Source of the DNA: Acanthaster planci
Taxonomy: Eukaryota
Length of the DNA: 64,000 nt
Direction of reading: 5' to 3'
Assembly: GCF_001949145.1 (NCBI RefSeq)
Contig: NW_019091357.1
Location: 3,558,228 to 3,622,227 of the forward strand
The translations under genes were made by a program, and so were the position numbers. Below are positions 52,697 to 64,000 of the stretch, in pieces; the stretch's first letter is position 1; every line of letters starts with the position of its first letter. Under the pieces are notes generated by a model, which saw nothing but the letters and a program-made list of their open reading frames with translations, did no database searches and was not told the DNA's origin.

Positions 52697-54367
52697 TTAC
52701 CCTGACATATCTACATACCCCATCAGATTACTAATCAGCTCGAACGTTGAAACTGTCCATGAAACCCAACTTTTTGCAATTTGTTTTGCCCATGGCACGC
52801 TTAGAATGTCAAATCCTTTGACCACTAAGAATTAAAAAAAAAGTTTTTCCCCCAACGTTTGCCTAAAAAGCCACTTTTGAAAACTGCACAATGATGGGAT
52901 TTCCCTGTAAGCTTCATTGGGGTACAGCAAATCGAATGAGTGCGCTTTTTTAATCAACTACGAATACGTTTTCAGTCAAAAGGAAAGTCAGAAGTAAGGG
53001 AAACCAAAATTACGCCCAAAAATGAGAAATTCTTCCCGTTACCGCAATGTACCGCGTTTAAACCCGATTCGACTACCCACAGCTGTTCACAAACGAGCCT
53101 TTTACCCAAAATGTCCCTGTTCGGAATGGGGCCGACATGGATTATGGTTTTTACCAGATTGAGAACGCGTTGAATTGAAGTGGGCTTCTGCCCTGGAATA
53201 AAATAAACTTCAAGGCTACAAATGAATTTTTACAAGAAAAATGATAACCTTTGAATATAGATCTTTTTGAAGAGGACAGAACCTGAAAAAGTACTCGCCG
53301 GGATACGACCCAAGAAAATCCACAATACTAATCCTTTTCCTTACCTACTACATTACACAAGCCGGTGCAACCGAAAACTCTGTTTTCCTCCTTCTGTGTC
53401 CATGACGCCACATAATGACGCTATTACATAATTCCGGGAATACTACAACGCATTTCAGTGAAGTTTCGAACAGCGGCATTTCTCCGTAGAAGCCTGTTTG
53501 TTAGCAGCGGTGGGTAGTCTGATCGGGTGGCCGTTAAGTACTCTCAACTTGACCCGCACTGCCATTTTAATTAAACCACCCTTGATTCACGCTACCAATT
53601 TGGGTAGCTAACCTTCATTCGCATAGACCTATACCAGAGTCAGTGAAACGAGGAAGACAGGTTATTTTGAAACAATTAACTACATGCCGTACATATAGAA
53701 CAAAAAGTGCATTAAATACCAATTGCTAATAGCATTTCCACAAGTGTTTTTTTTAAGAGATTGACCAGCAGCGTAACATGATTTGAGGCTGCGTTTCTTA
53801 ATTTACATACATGTATTTGGTTGATACTTATCTCCGACTGGAACTCTAAGGCCAAACCTATAACCCCAAAATATTTCTTCATACATAATGCTTTTATTCG
53901 TTCATGTCACTTTTTGGAAAAGCTAAAGTTCATGAAGCTATTTTGGAAACAACTTTGAAGCACTTAATTTGGTTATTGTCTCGGCCCAAATCACCCCCAG
54001 TTAGCTATGTCAAGACCCCATATAGCGCTGTAGAAGTTGGGAAACAGGTGCTCACAAAGTAAGCTGAATATCTGGTAAAAATGATGTGGTTGATGAATAC
54101 AAAATGGGCCAAGAACGTTAAGGTTTGGGCAAGGAGTGAGAAAAAAAGAAGATGCTTGACGTCTTATCAGACGTGGGAAACTACTCAGATATCAATAGGG
54201 CAGAAAACGCCGTAGAAGCTTCTGAAACTGTTTCCCTCGATCGGTACATTGCCGGTTGTATCTTGACTGTATGCTGATTGACATAGTATTGAAAATAGAC
54301 TTGAAAGTATCAAGTGCATACCCGCACTCTAGTCAGTGACGTAAATCTGTGTTGGAAAATGGGTGGA

Positions 54368-54724
54368 CAGGGGATGGAGAAAGGTGTGGGGGGGATGACT
54401 TGCCCCGCCATGGAAATTTGAAGGGGGGGGGGCGCCGTATACACTACATCGAGGGCAATGTTCATGATAAAGATGTACATCTGTGTATCAAATTCATGCA
54501 GAATCTCACATCAGAATGGTATATTTGTAGCTTTTCAAAGTTGTTTTCCTATTTAGTGATATAGCAAACATTTTATGTCATTGAAAAATCTCGAAAGTTA
54601 TTCATAATCCGCTATATTTTTTTGCTCATCACAAAAACGTGGGGATGATTTAATAGCCCATTTTCCATCCCCAAAAAGTGGGGAGGGGATTTATACCCCC
54701 ATCTCCCTGGGATTTACGCCCATG
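54368..54724. mobile_element. Degraded non-autonomous DNA element with G/C-tract ends (CA...TG termini)
   Basis: Right end GGGGAGGGGATTTATACCCCCATCTCCCTGGGATTTACGCCCATG and G-run-rich left part starting CAGGGG resemble abundant echinoderm-type G/C-tract repeats. No target-site duplication found and the left boundary is uncertain. Confidence 0.45.
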
Positions 54725-54859
54725 ACTCCAGTATACGTTCTTGCGAAAGTCACAAGTCATAACGACACCAAAATGCTGGTCAATTTCATACATTTAATCA
54801 GCTTGTGTGATATAGGGGTGGGGCTCAAGCTGAGTCTGGCTACCATTATTACACGAGGA

Positions 54860-54927
54860 CCGCCATTTTGAATACCTGCACCAGGCAGTGCGTCATTTCA
54901 TAGTGACGTCACTCTGATGAGACGTCA
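54860..54927. promoter_or_regulatory. YY1 plus CRE module
   Basis: CCGCCATTTT at 54860-54869, the 12-bp palindrome AGTGACGTCACT at 54902-54913, and adjacent half sites TGCGTCA and GACGTCA. Confidence 0.35.
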
Positions 54928-55758
54928 AGCAATAGCAGCAGCGCAAGACTTATTCCGCCCACGGGAAGCGCATCTCCGTCAGATTATGTGGCGCGTATTG
55001 CGGATATGGAAACAGGTGCGACAGGCATAACTTATCATTCCATAGGACTGATCGGCTGCGGGGGAATTATCTCTCGCGAGGTGTGCAGGACCCAAAGGTA
55101 TCACACTTAGGCCTAACAGTCTCCAGTCTCAGCTAGAAAATGTGGCACATCCTTGTGAAGTCACCGAAATGACGTTTCGATTGCTCATGAATTTATGTTA
55201 ACAAAACTTTTTAGTTCTAGCAGTCTATAGGTCTAGCAGAACCTTGTCAAAGTAAAGTGAGCATCTCTGCGAATAAATCAACACATTATCCTTTGGACCA
55301 ATGAGAGTGTACACTGGAAATTTGAGTTTCCCAAAATGACGCCCCTTCCTCTTTTTGTGTTTGGCCAGGGCGCAACAGCTACTTGCACAGCGAAAAATCT
55401 GTTGGTTTGGGGGATTTACCAGAAATATGATTTTCAGAACGAAGATGAATGTGGGGTTGGTAGCACTGACTATCACTGATATTTTCAGGTGCCACTGATG
55501 AAGTTTGTGAGTCCCTATTTTGTGCATACCGCACGCGGCCGCATTCGTGGCATTTTTCTTGCAGCTTCCATCGTACGTTTAGGTTAAATTAGGAATAATA
55601 TTTATGTGTTGGCCTTGGCATTATGTTTCTATTCTCTTTCGTTACTTTCTTTTTGGGGTCTTGAGGAAAGCTCCCCTTTAGTCCCCACGATATTTCGCTC
55701 CGTCAAGAGTCTTTTGAGAGCAGTGGAGATTCAACTTACTTTCATACGTATCACTGTG

Positions 55759-55926
55759 TGTGCGATTCACAATAGTGTGCCTCCAAGAGTTTGCAACGCC
55801 TTGACTAATCACACTGCGCGAAATCTATCGACCCACGGCACATTTGGAAAGGGTCGACAGGTTTCGCGCACTGTGATTGGTCAACGAGTTGAAAAGTCTT
55901 GGAGGTGCACTATTGTGAATCGCCCG
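55759..55926. mobile_element. Palindromic MITE, family A copy 2 (opposite orientation to copy 1)
   Basis: Same arms (GCGATTCACAATAGTGTGCCTCCAAGAGTTTGCAACG ... TCTTGGAGGTGCACTATTGTGAATCGCCCG). The core CGACCCACGGCACATTTGGAAAGGGTCGACAGG is the approximate reverse complement of the copy 1 core CCTGTCGACCATTTCCAAATGCGCATTGGGTTG. Confidence 0.85.
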
Positions 55927-57571
55927 TGTTGAAACAAGATCTAAATACTTGGCACTCCTTATTAAATTCTTCTTCTGAAGAAAAATACTGGCCACTACTT
56001 TGTCCAAACAGCTTTGTAACATGAAAAACAAAGTACATGTATAAAGTGAAACCTACACCGAGAAACGGTAGAGCAGTTCGATACAAAGCTTGGGAGGCGC
56101 CCTCGTTCTACCTCGAATGACATCATGCTGTGGCTCGTGAATATGAAAATCTTCATCAGCATAAAATCCTAAATATTGAAATTTCTCTCTTTAACTGCTA
56201 CAGAGAAGGTGGAAAGTCATGGTAACCTTTAAAGTTGTGCCTCAAATAATTAAAAGCCTGTTGTTTGGTGCCTTTAAGGGGAGAAAAGCCTTTTTGAACC
56301 CAGGCGGGAAGTTATCACTGAGTGAAAACTAATTAGACAGACTGTGGCAGCGACTGATGAACCGAACTAACGTTATGTTTATAATACAGGGAATCAAACC
56401 GGGGATAATGGAAGTATAAAACGTGCTAATAACTGTAACCTATCTACTTGTCATGTCAAAGTGTAATGTGGATGGCATTTCCCTTTATACAGTGCTGTGA
56501 GCTTTTACATAGGAAGGGGTGCGCCGTCTTGAAGAGTGCTGTACGCTAGTGTGTCATTTAAGACGAGGTGCGCTTACCGCGTGATGTAAGTACTATATTC
56601 ATTTTCAGCGAACACCAGGAGTTAGAATGACAACGAACACCCAACAGTGAAAGGAATTGAGCTTGGTCCAGGCACCTCTCAGCGTCTGATTTGGAGGTAA
56701 GAAGCAATCAGAGAGTATTGAGGGGTAAGAAGATGGACCCGGACGAAACAAAAACAAGACGGGTAGAAAGGAGAAAAAATTGTCTGTGCCCGGCATGTCC
56801 GTTGGCGCGCGTGCGAGGTTCCGACACCTGCCGGGCTGAGGGCTAATTATAGCGGAAGTGTTAGAATAATTTGGGCCGGTGAAATTGGATAGCGACTGAT
56901 TATCCACAGGGACAGGTATGTGATTGAGGAAGATAGCGGATGGAGTGGAGGGAGGGAGGTTGACAGCACACGGCCAGGCGGAGGGGGTCATTCACTTGAA
57001 AGTGCTGGGGAGAATGATGATAAGTGACAGAGAAGAGATGCAGTAGGGTGGATATCAGTGGCCAAAATCGTCGTGCTGAGCGAAGATGGCTTTTGCTTCT
57101 TAGAGCAGGCTTGTTGCTAATATTTCAATACTATGCATGGAATATACAGGTTTTCGTACAAGGTAGCAGTGGAATTCTGGACAAAAGAAGCGTTACAAAA
57201 ACTATGGTGTAAATTCAACATCCTCGATATTCGTAAAGGGCAACACCTGACTGGGGTTCTCCTTAATTCTGGATTCTGAGCGTGTTGATTCAGCACCAAC
57301 TTTATTCTACAGTATTTGAAATAAAGGTACTAGATCAGTTATCATATAAGCACTTCTGATATTAGCGATGAGTAAATATAGACTTCGAATCAGGTGGACA
57401 TTCCGAAAGGAAGAAATATTTGTTTGAAATTTGGTGAGAAGGCTGAAAGAACTCCTGAGATGCAGTTAACTACAGGAAGAAAATGGCATGACTATCTGAT
57501 GTGTAAGTCATAGCAACTTTCTGGATATATCACATTAACGTTTACGAATTAATAGACGAAATGCCAACAAT

Positions 57572-57606
57572 AAAAAAAGAAAAGAAAAGAAAGAAAGAAA
57601 GAAAGA
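57572..57606. repeat. (AAAAG)n/(AAAG)n microsatellite
   Basis: AAAAAAAGAAAAGAAAAGAAAGAAAGAAAGAAAGA. Confidence 0.85.
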
Positions 57607-58417
57607 TTTATCCGTGTTCATAATTGAAGGATGACTTACACGTGGATAGACAGAAAAAAATGTCCTTAGCACCACTCAAATTAATTAAGTAACAGAGATC
57701 TTGATGGAAACCTATCCCATACTTCTTACAGAAGCAATCTAGTACTGGCGGATCACATAGACGTTTTCGCGAGGGATCGCTGGTGGTTTATCTCAAACCA
57801 CCGACAATACTCACTGGAAAAAAGAATGGATCCCAATGGCGCGAAAATTTCAGGGAAGAAAGCTTCAAACTGAATAGGGGTGCACTCCACCGGTGCGAGC
57901 GGAATGCAGCTGAGAGCAGGTGATGATGAATAGGATCAGTTGGATGATCAGACCCTCAGCTCGAGGAAGAGAGACCGGGAGAGGGAAAGGAGGGCAAATT
58001 CAATCTGTTGGCTGCTAATCGGTCACTCTTTACGACGCTGATTGGTAAAGATGAGGCTGACGAGAAGGGGGAGAGAACAGCCTCGGAGACGATGGGCGCA
58101 CAGGGTGTTGAAAATGGATGGGATTTAGGCGGGGAGGGAGGGGGCGAATCAGAGTGAGACAGGGGATAAGAGATGGAGGCAAAACAAGGAGTGATTTAAT
58201 TTGATGGGAATTTCAGCCTCGGTGTGCGAGCACAATTAAGGCGGATAGATTGGCACTATTAGGCGGAGGTTTCTTTCTTTAAGGAAAGCGAAAGGCAATT
58301 TTGAACTACAAGCGAAAGGTGGAATAGAAAACAAAGTCGGGTGCTGAAATACGGGGATTTGGAGAGTTTTAACATTCTTTATTAATATGCGAAGAACGGA
58401 GAATGGGCTCAGCTTTT

Positions 58418-58434
58418 TGTGTGTGTGTGTGTGT
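58418..58434. repeat. (TG)n microsatellite
   Basis: About 8 TG units. Confidence 0.85.
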
Positions 58435-61400
58435 TTAGAAGGGAGGCCTGAAGGTGAGCGTGTCTAGTATGATTATAAGCCCAGAGTCAATGAAGCACAG
58501 TAAGTGGAGTGTTGAAACGCCAAACTTCATGTTACCAAGTGAGGGCGCTGCAGCACTCGCACTACTGAAAACAAAGGTTTTTACGGACGAGATCAGCAGG
58601 CCTGAAGATCCGTCGCATTATGCCGCATCGTAAATCCCTTTCGTATTGAAGTTTTACAAGATGTGCTACTACTCTGACGGAGTCCAACTTCGGCTAATTG
58701 CCTAAGTAAAGGGCCCACACAATGTAAGTTTTCAGGCAGTCCTTGTAAATACACCACATTCACCTTATTTGGCGTGTTCCATTTTGTCATTTGAAGTATT
58801 TCAGAACCTCTTTGGTTTTAGTGACAATGCTAATTGCATACTCGAGTACAGTGACATATCATTTTAGGAAAAACCCTTAACGTTACAGCAATTTCAGAGC
58901 GTCAAAATTTCAAAGAATTTGTGATATATCTCTGAGTAGCATTTCCTTTTCTTTGCAGATTTATACCTGACAGTTGACAGGTGGGAAATTTTCCCCACAA
59001 ATATTATACAATGAGCACATTTGTTCCTCCTCACGGCGTGAATATTGTCGTCCTAAAACTACATCACAGTGCTGAAACACTGAAATGAAAAGAACGTACA
59101 TTTTTCAACAAGATTAACCAAAACAAACACGTTCACCAGTTTCAACAACTCACAAAATAGATCGGGCGTTGGCAAAAGTGGAAGGACCCACGCTACCCTG
59201 TTAACTCAATTACACCTATAATGACTACATCATCATTTCCAAATTCCCCTGCAGTTAGCCTTAAACCTATAAAGTAAACCAATCGGAGTGTTCAAATGAC
59301 TAATGACTGCTGAATCTAGAGACGCGTTCGGAAAATCTGGTTCCTTATCCAAATATCAAAAACAACAGGAAATACTCAATAAATGTTGAATATTTAAGAA
59401 TTAAGTGCAAAGAAGGTGAAGGTGGTCATGTTTGACCGCCTTGTCATACCAATCGTGCTTACATGGGCAAGCAGCGATATTCAAAGCACCCACTACTCGC
59501 AGAATCGAATAATTACACATTGGGATGATAAAACGCAAAAACCAATATTGACAACAGCACGTATATGTATAGCGCACTAGTCTGATTATATGCTCAGCGC
59601 CGGCCGATGAGTCACCCCGCTTGCACAAGGGGTGAAGTTGACGGCCAGCAGCCTACTTGCATAATGCCGAGCGTTTTTGGTAACTTTCTTCAGTGCAGGA
59701 ATCCACTTGGGAGATTTGAACACGGGGAGAACTACCGGCGAGCGTGCTGCAGAATGGTGTATTATAGGAGTCGGGTGCCGCTGAGCCCGGTGTCCATCTC
59801 CATTTGACCGTGACGCAAACGCCGTGGAAGGATAGCCAGGAGATATCATTACGGGGAAGTAAAGTCAATGATTTCCCGAGGAATAACGTTGGGATTGCAT
59901 TCAACTGAATTAGCCTACTCCAATCTGGCTAGAATATTTAACGATAATATGATGCACTTGTAGTTCATGATATTATGCACGGGATGGAAACGAATTGCAA
60001 AGAGCATGGTGCCAATGTAAATTAAAATAACGCATACAGTATTTTTTTTAATTTCTTTATAATCCTGGAGAAATCATTAACAATTTTTAAAAATCAAATT
60101 CGCTCCAAAATGTAGCCTGGAGCCGAATACAATACAAATACACACAACATAAATTGTAGGTGAGAACTACAATAAGAATATTTATTGGCAGTAGTTTTCT
60201 TTTGATTGTTCCTTTATGATCTGCTGTTGACCTTTCTGAAGAAAATCCAAATTTGTGGATGCTGTCATGACAGTGAATATGAAAGTCCACAATACCCGTG
60301 CAGAATGACAAAATACACAGAGAAGCGTCAGGCAATTTGTCTCTTCACATCAACCTGCAATGGGCGCCACTCCGCTTCTTGAAGACAGATCTGCGAAGTT
60401 ATGGCTCTGTTTCGAAATTAACATCATCGAAATCTTGACAATTATGTTGCTTGGGCCATGAAGTGTACAAAATAGAATTGTGCGGAACACAGTCTCCGTG
60501 CAGGCTCGGGTTCTAATTTATTAATAGAATGCGTTCAAACGCCAAGGAAAGTTCTCGGCGATTTTTTTCACCTCCATGCTTGCGATTATCATACAGCCAA
60601 GCTTGGCAAGTGAAAATCCATTATCACCAAGATGCCGTGCTGGATTTCATAATCTTTTGCCACATCTCCTTGTTCCTGCAATTACATTAGAATTAATATT
60701 AGAGATAAGTGCACAAAACAGTCAGATATATAGTGACTGGAAAAAATGCAGGAAACATGATCAGAGAGAATAACTAGAGGCGCTCACTTTTCATGCTCTG
60801 CGCGCCGACATGTTTCGCGTCACATTATTACTGAGCGGGGGGGGGAGAGAAAAAATTCCACTTTGGCTCTTCCGTATCTGCAGTGCAGTGCGTGTAACGT
60901 CTTTTATACAGATGACATGCCGACACACAGACCGCGGGTAGATGGTGTGAATAGCGATAATTATCTCGGGGAGGGAAGCGGCAATTTTCTATGCTCGATT
61001 TCGTGGCCGTTTGTTGGGAAACAAAACGGTCGGAGAGCAGGAATAAGAGTACGAAATGCACTTTCAATTCGACTGATTGAGCACGCGCCGTCGGGAACTT
61101 GATCAGAGGATGGTTTCGGACAGAGTGTGCAGATTTTAAGGAGGTGCAGTTGAACTGTTTAATGGCTGATGTACATGATGAGACGTGTGCATTATGTAAT
61201 TCTAGGGTGCACCTTTTTAGCTTTAAATTGTAACTACGAAATATCCTGGTTTAAAATGCTCCTTAACCAATAGAATTAAGTGCCTTGCTTGCTAAGAATT
61301 ATATATTTGCAAAATCTTCACACACTGTTTGACTCAAATGAAAAAAAACAATCCGTAAATCGAGTGGTCAGGCACGCGTGTCCCTAAATGGACAAAATAT

Positions 61401-62929
61401 TGGCCACAAATGTTACAATAATAACCAATGAACTGTTAAACGTTGTTATCTCAGCCCCCAAAATAACAAAATATAATTATCCACCGCAAGTTTGGTAATC
61501 GATTCTCGCATAGGCGCCATTAGACCAAATAAACATTGTTGTAATCGATTACGTGAAGTAGCATCTGCATTACTGCAGTCCTCGATCTCAGTAATTTGAT
61601 TTACAAGCAGCTAAAATCGCAGAAATTTCGGGTCGATTAAAACAAGCTGAAACCGCGTAGAGGGAGCAGTACTGATATGAAAATTACAAAACTGTTTCTA
61701 CTCAGTCACAACTAAATCCAGTTTCGATGACAAGTAAAAGTACTTTCTCCGAAACTCTGAGGAAAGTCTTGTCGAATGCCGACAAAAATGTAGGCCTAAT
61801 TCAAAATGTGTCACAGCATGTAGAGTTGATTGTGTTGTTCTTGGATTGTGATTTTCTTTCCACATTCAACATCGACAGCACAGCTATGATACTGGTTTAA
61901 AGCAGATCACACAACCTACAGCTGGCCATTGAACGACATATAAATGCTGTTACACATTAATGTTTCCATGCTGTCATAAAACTTAATCGAAGTATGTAGT
62001 TCAGACATCATGGAAAACTACATCACTACAGTTAATAACGTATTAAAAGGAGACAAGCTAAATCCTCTGAAGCCACTCGAACTCACAGTTAAGTTCGTTT
62101 CTGACATAAAGGAAGATTCACAAGTTATCTCACCAGTCTTCCAATGAAGGAATCTATCGGAACATTTCTTGCAAAGATAAATGAGACAATAGTAGGCCAT
62201 AAAAGGTCGGCGGCCATCTAATTTACACTGATTTGAGCAAAGCAGCATCTAATAAAAAAGCCAGGAAATAATATTACACTGAGCGGAACCCGTGCAAAGA
62301 TCAAAGAATGGCAAATAAAACCCTATCGTTCTGTCTTGGAACAATGACTCCAGAACTGACGCGACTAGCTTTTCATTGTGTCAAATGGAAGGGTGGAGAA
62401 GGGGAAAAAGAGATGTTTTGCTCCCATCCATGGCGACCTTGGTCTGGGCATAAACTTGAGCTTCTGTCATGCAGTGCAGAGAAGTGGCCATTACGGCGCG
62501 CACTTCAATAACGACCGCACCAAAGACATCTCAAGGACGACTTGGAAGAAAGCTTCATTGTCAGAAAACGAATTTCTAAATGGCCTAAACCATGAGTTAA
62601 TCAACCTGTCTTCAGCCATGTAGATTCATGACAATCATATGCTGTGAAAGTCGTCGACAGACTCATGTTTATTTTCACAAACACCAAAAAACGGCCAATC
62701 ATAAAACCAATAACTAGTCCTGCACGTGCCATTCCAAATTCCTTACATAAACATGTACTCATTCACATAGATACAACAAGAAAATTTAATATCAGATCCA
62801 CAAAAACGCCTGACTTAAAAGACTTTCTTCGAGCACATTGAACGGACTGTGTCCAGCCTAAAGCTATAAATCACATGGCGTTTTCTGTTTCCAAGAGACA
62901 GGGAGAACAAAAAAGGGAGGAGAAAAAAT

Positions 62930-62945
62930 AGAGAGAGAGAGAGAC
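62930..62945. repeat. (AG)n microsatellite
   Basis: About 7-8 AG units in a purine-rich tract. Confidence 0.8.
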
Positions 62946-64000
62946 AGGCAGAGAGACAGAATAAAGAGGCAACATTTGATGCCCAGCTGTTGTCGAATGC
63001 GGGCATCTGATTTAGGCCCTTAGGTTTCGTTTTTATTACAGTCGGGCTCAGTTTACAAGGCTTATACGCAGAGGTTTTGTCTGCTGACTACAGTACAAAT
63101 TGGAATTCGCTGCGATTGCTACTTTGCCCATGATTTTCTTTATTGTTTTTTTTCTCCAACAAAAAGCCGATGGTTGTGTGCACCTTTCCTTCAAATCGAT
63201 GCATTGCCAGCGTATGCTTCCCCACAAAAGGCCATTTACATTATTTGGTAGACTGTCTATAATAGATACCGTACAAGATGGTCAAAACGAGCCTGTGTGA
63301 AAACAATATGGCATTACAACTCGTGCGTCTAAATGTTAATTAAGGCATTGCTATATGAAATAATAGGAATATCAGAAATGCAGGATTTTATTCAACCCAC
63401 GTCTCTACTCATAGCAGGGAAAATGAAAACAATTCTGGCCTATTTATATCTTCAGTCATGAACCGCGTTTCTGATATTCTGGAATCTTTGTAATATTATG
63501 CTTCAGGTATAATATGCACACTCGCTTTCCCCAAGGGTGCAAAACTGCGCGTGTTTGTGAGCCTCTTCTAAGCGCGAATACGCACGCGTCATTAATTCCG
63601 ATGGCATGTAGCCGCTTGAGCATCTTCGGTAATGTTACTGATCGATTTCGTTTTCTCCAAAGGCTCACTCACACCTTGCCTACGTCGTCACACCATACCA
63701 CGACACCTGGGTAGCGGTAGGGAGAACATGAGGGATGTGATTCACACATCGAGGGGGTAGGTAGTATTTAGGGAGAAAAAAACTGAATGTGATCACCGTA
63801 AGTACCCTACAATCTGCAAACAGCACCGTTTTTGTACAACCAACCCGTGACATGATACGCAGTATTCTGTAACCAAACCTGCACCGAATTATACCACAGA
63901 CACCCGGGTGATATGAATTTTACAAGTTTTAGCGTTCTGTACCATCAATTGCGTCATTCTATACTTCCCTAGCGATCGACCAATCACGCAGATAATACGT

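Noticed and set aside
57289..57300. REST/RE1 site (REST represses vertebrate mir-124)
   Set aside because: Only the left half TTCAGCACC is present. The GGACAG right half is missing.
57740..57760. TAGTACTGGC resembling the start of ambulacrarian miR-2012
   Set aside because: Only the 5' part matches and no hairpin partner was found.
596..63714. All ORFs in the supplied six-frame track as standalone genes
   Set aside because: They are short (60-170 aa), often start at non-ATG codons, overlap on both strands and show no recognisable domains. This is what non-coding DNA gives by chance.

Overview
This is AT-rich eukaryotic (animal) genomic DNA with no recognisable protein-coding gene, operon, rRNA, true tRNA or CRISPR array. 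The ORF track is short (max 170 aa) and noise-like. The one firm gene is a microRNA: a canonical mir-124 hairpin on the + strand at 49153-49235, whose mature arm TAAGGCACGCGGTGAATGCCAA (49205-49226) is the pan-bilaterian neural miR-124. The rest looks like a long non-coding regulatory landscape or host-transcript region. It holds a tRNA-derived SINE, several MITE-type elements, a perfect 70-bp inverted duplication, microsatellites, candidate + strand exons and strong TF motifs (a perfect RFX X-box, four full CREs, twin CCAAT boxes, NRF1, Su(H), CTCF-like). The repeat style suggests a marine invertebrate deuterostome such as an echinoderm, which is inference only. No new biological system can be established from the sequence. 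The most testable leads are a spliced 109-codon ORF about 3 kb upstream of the hairpin, a miR-124 8mer target site just downstream of its own hairpin, and the RFX/Notch/CREB-type regulatory motifs.
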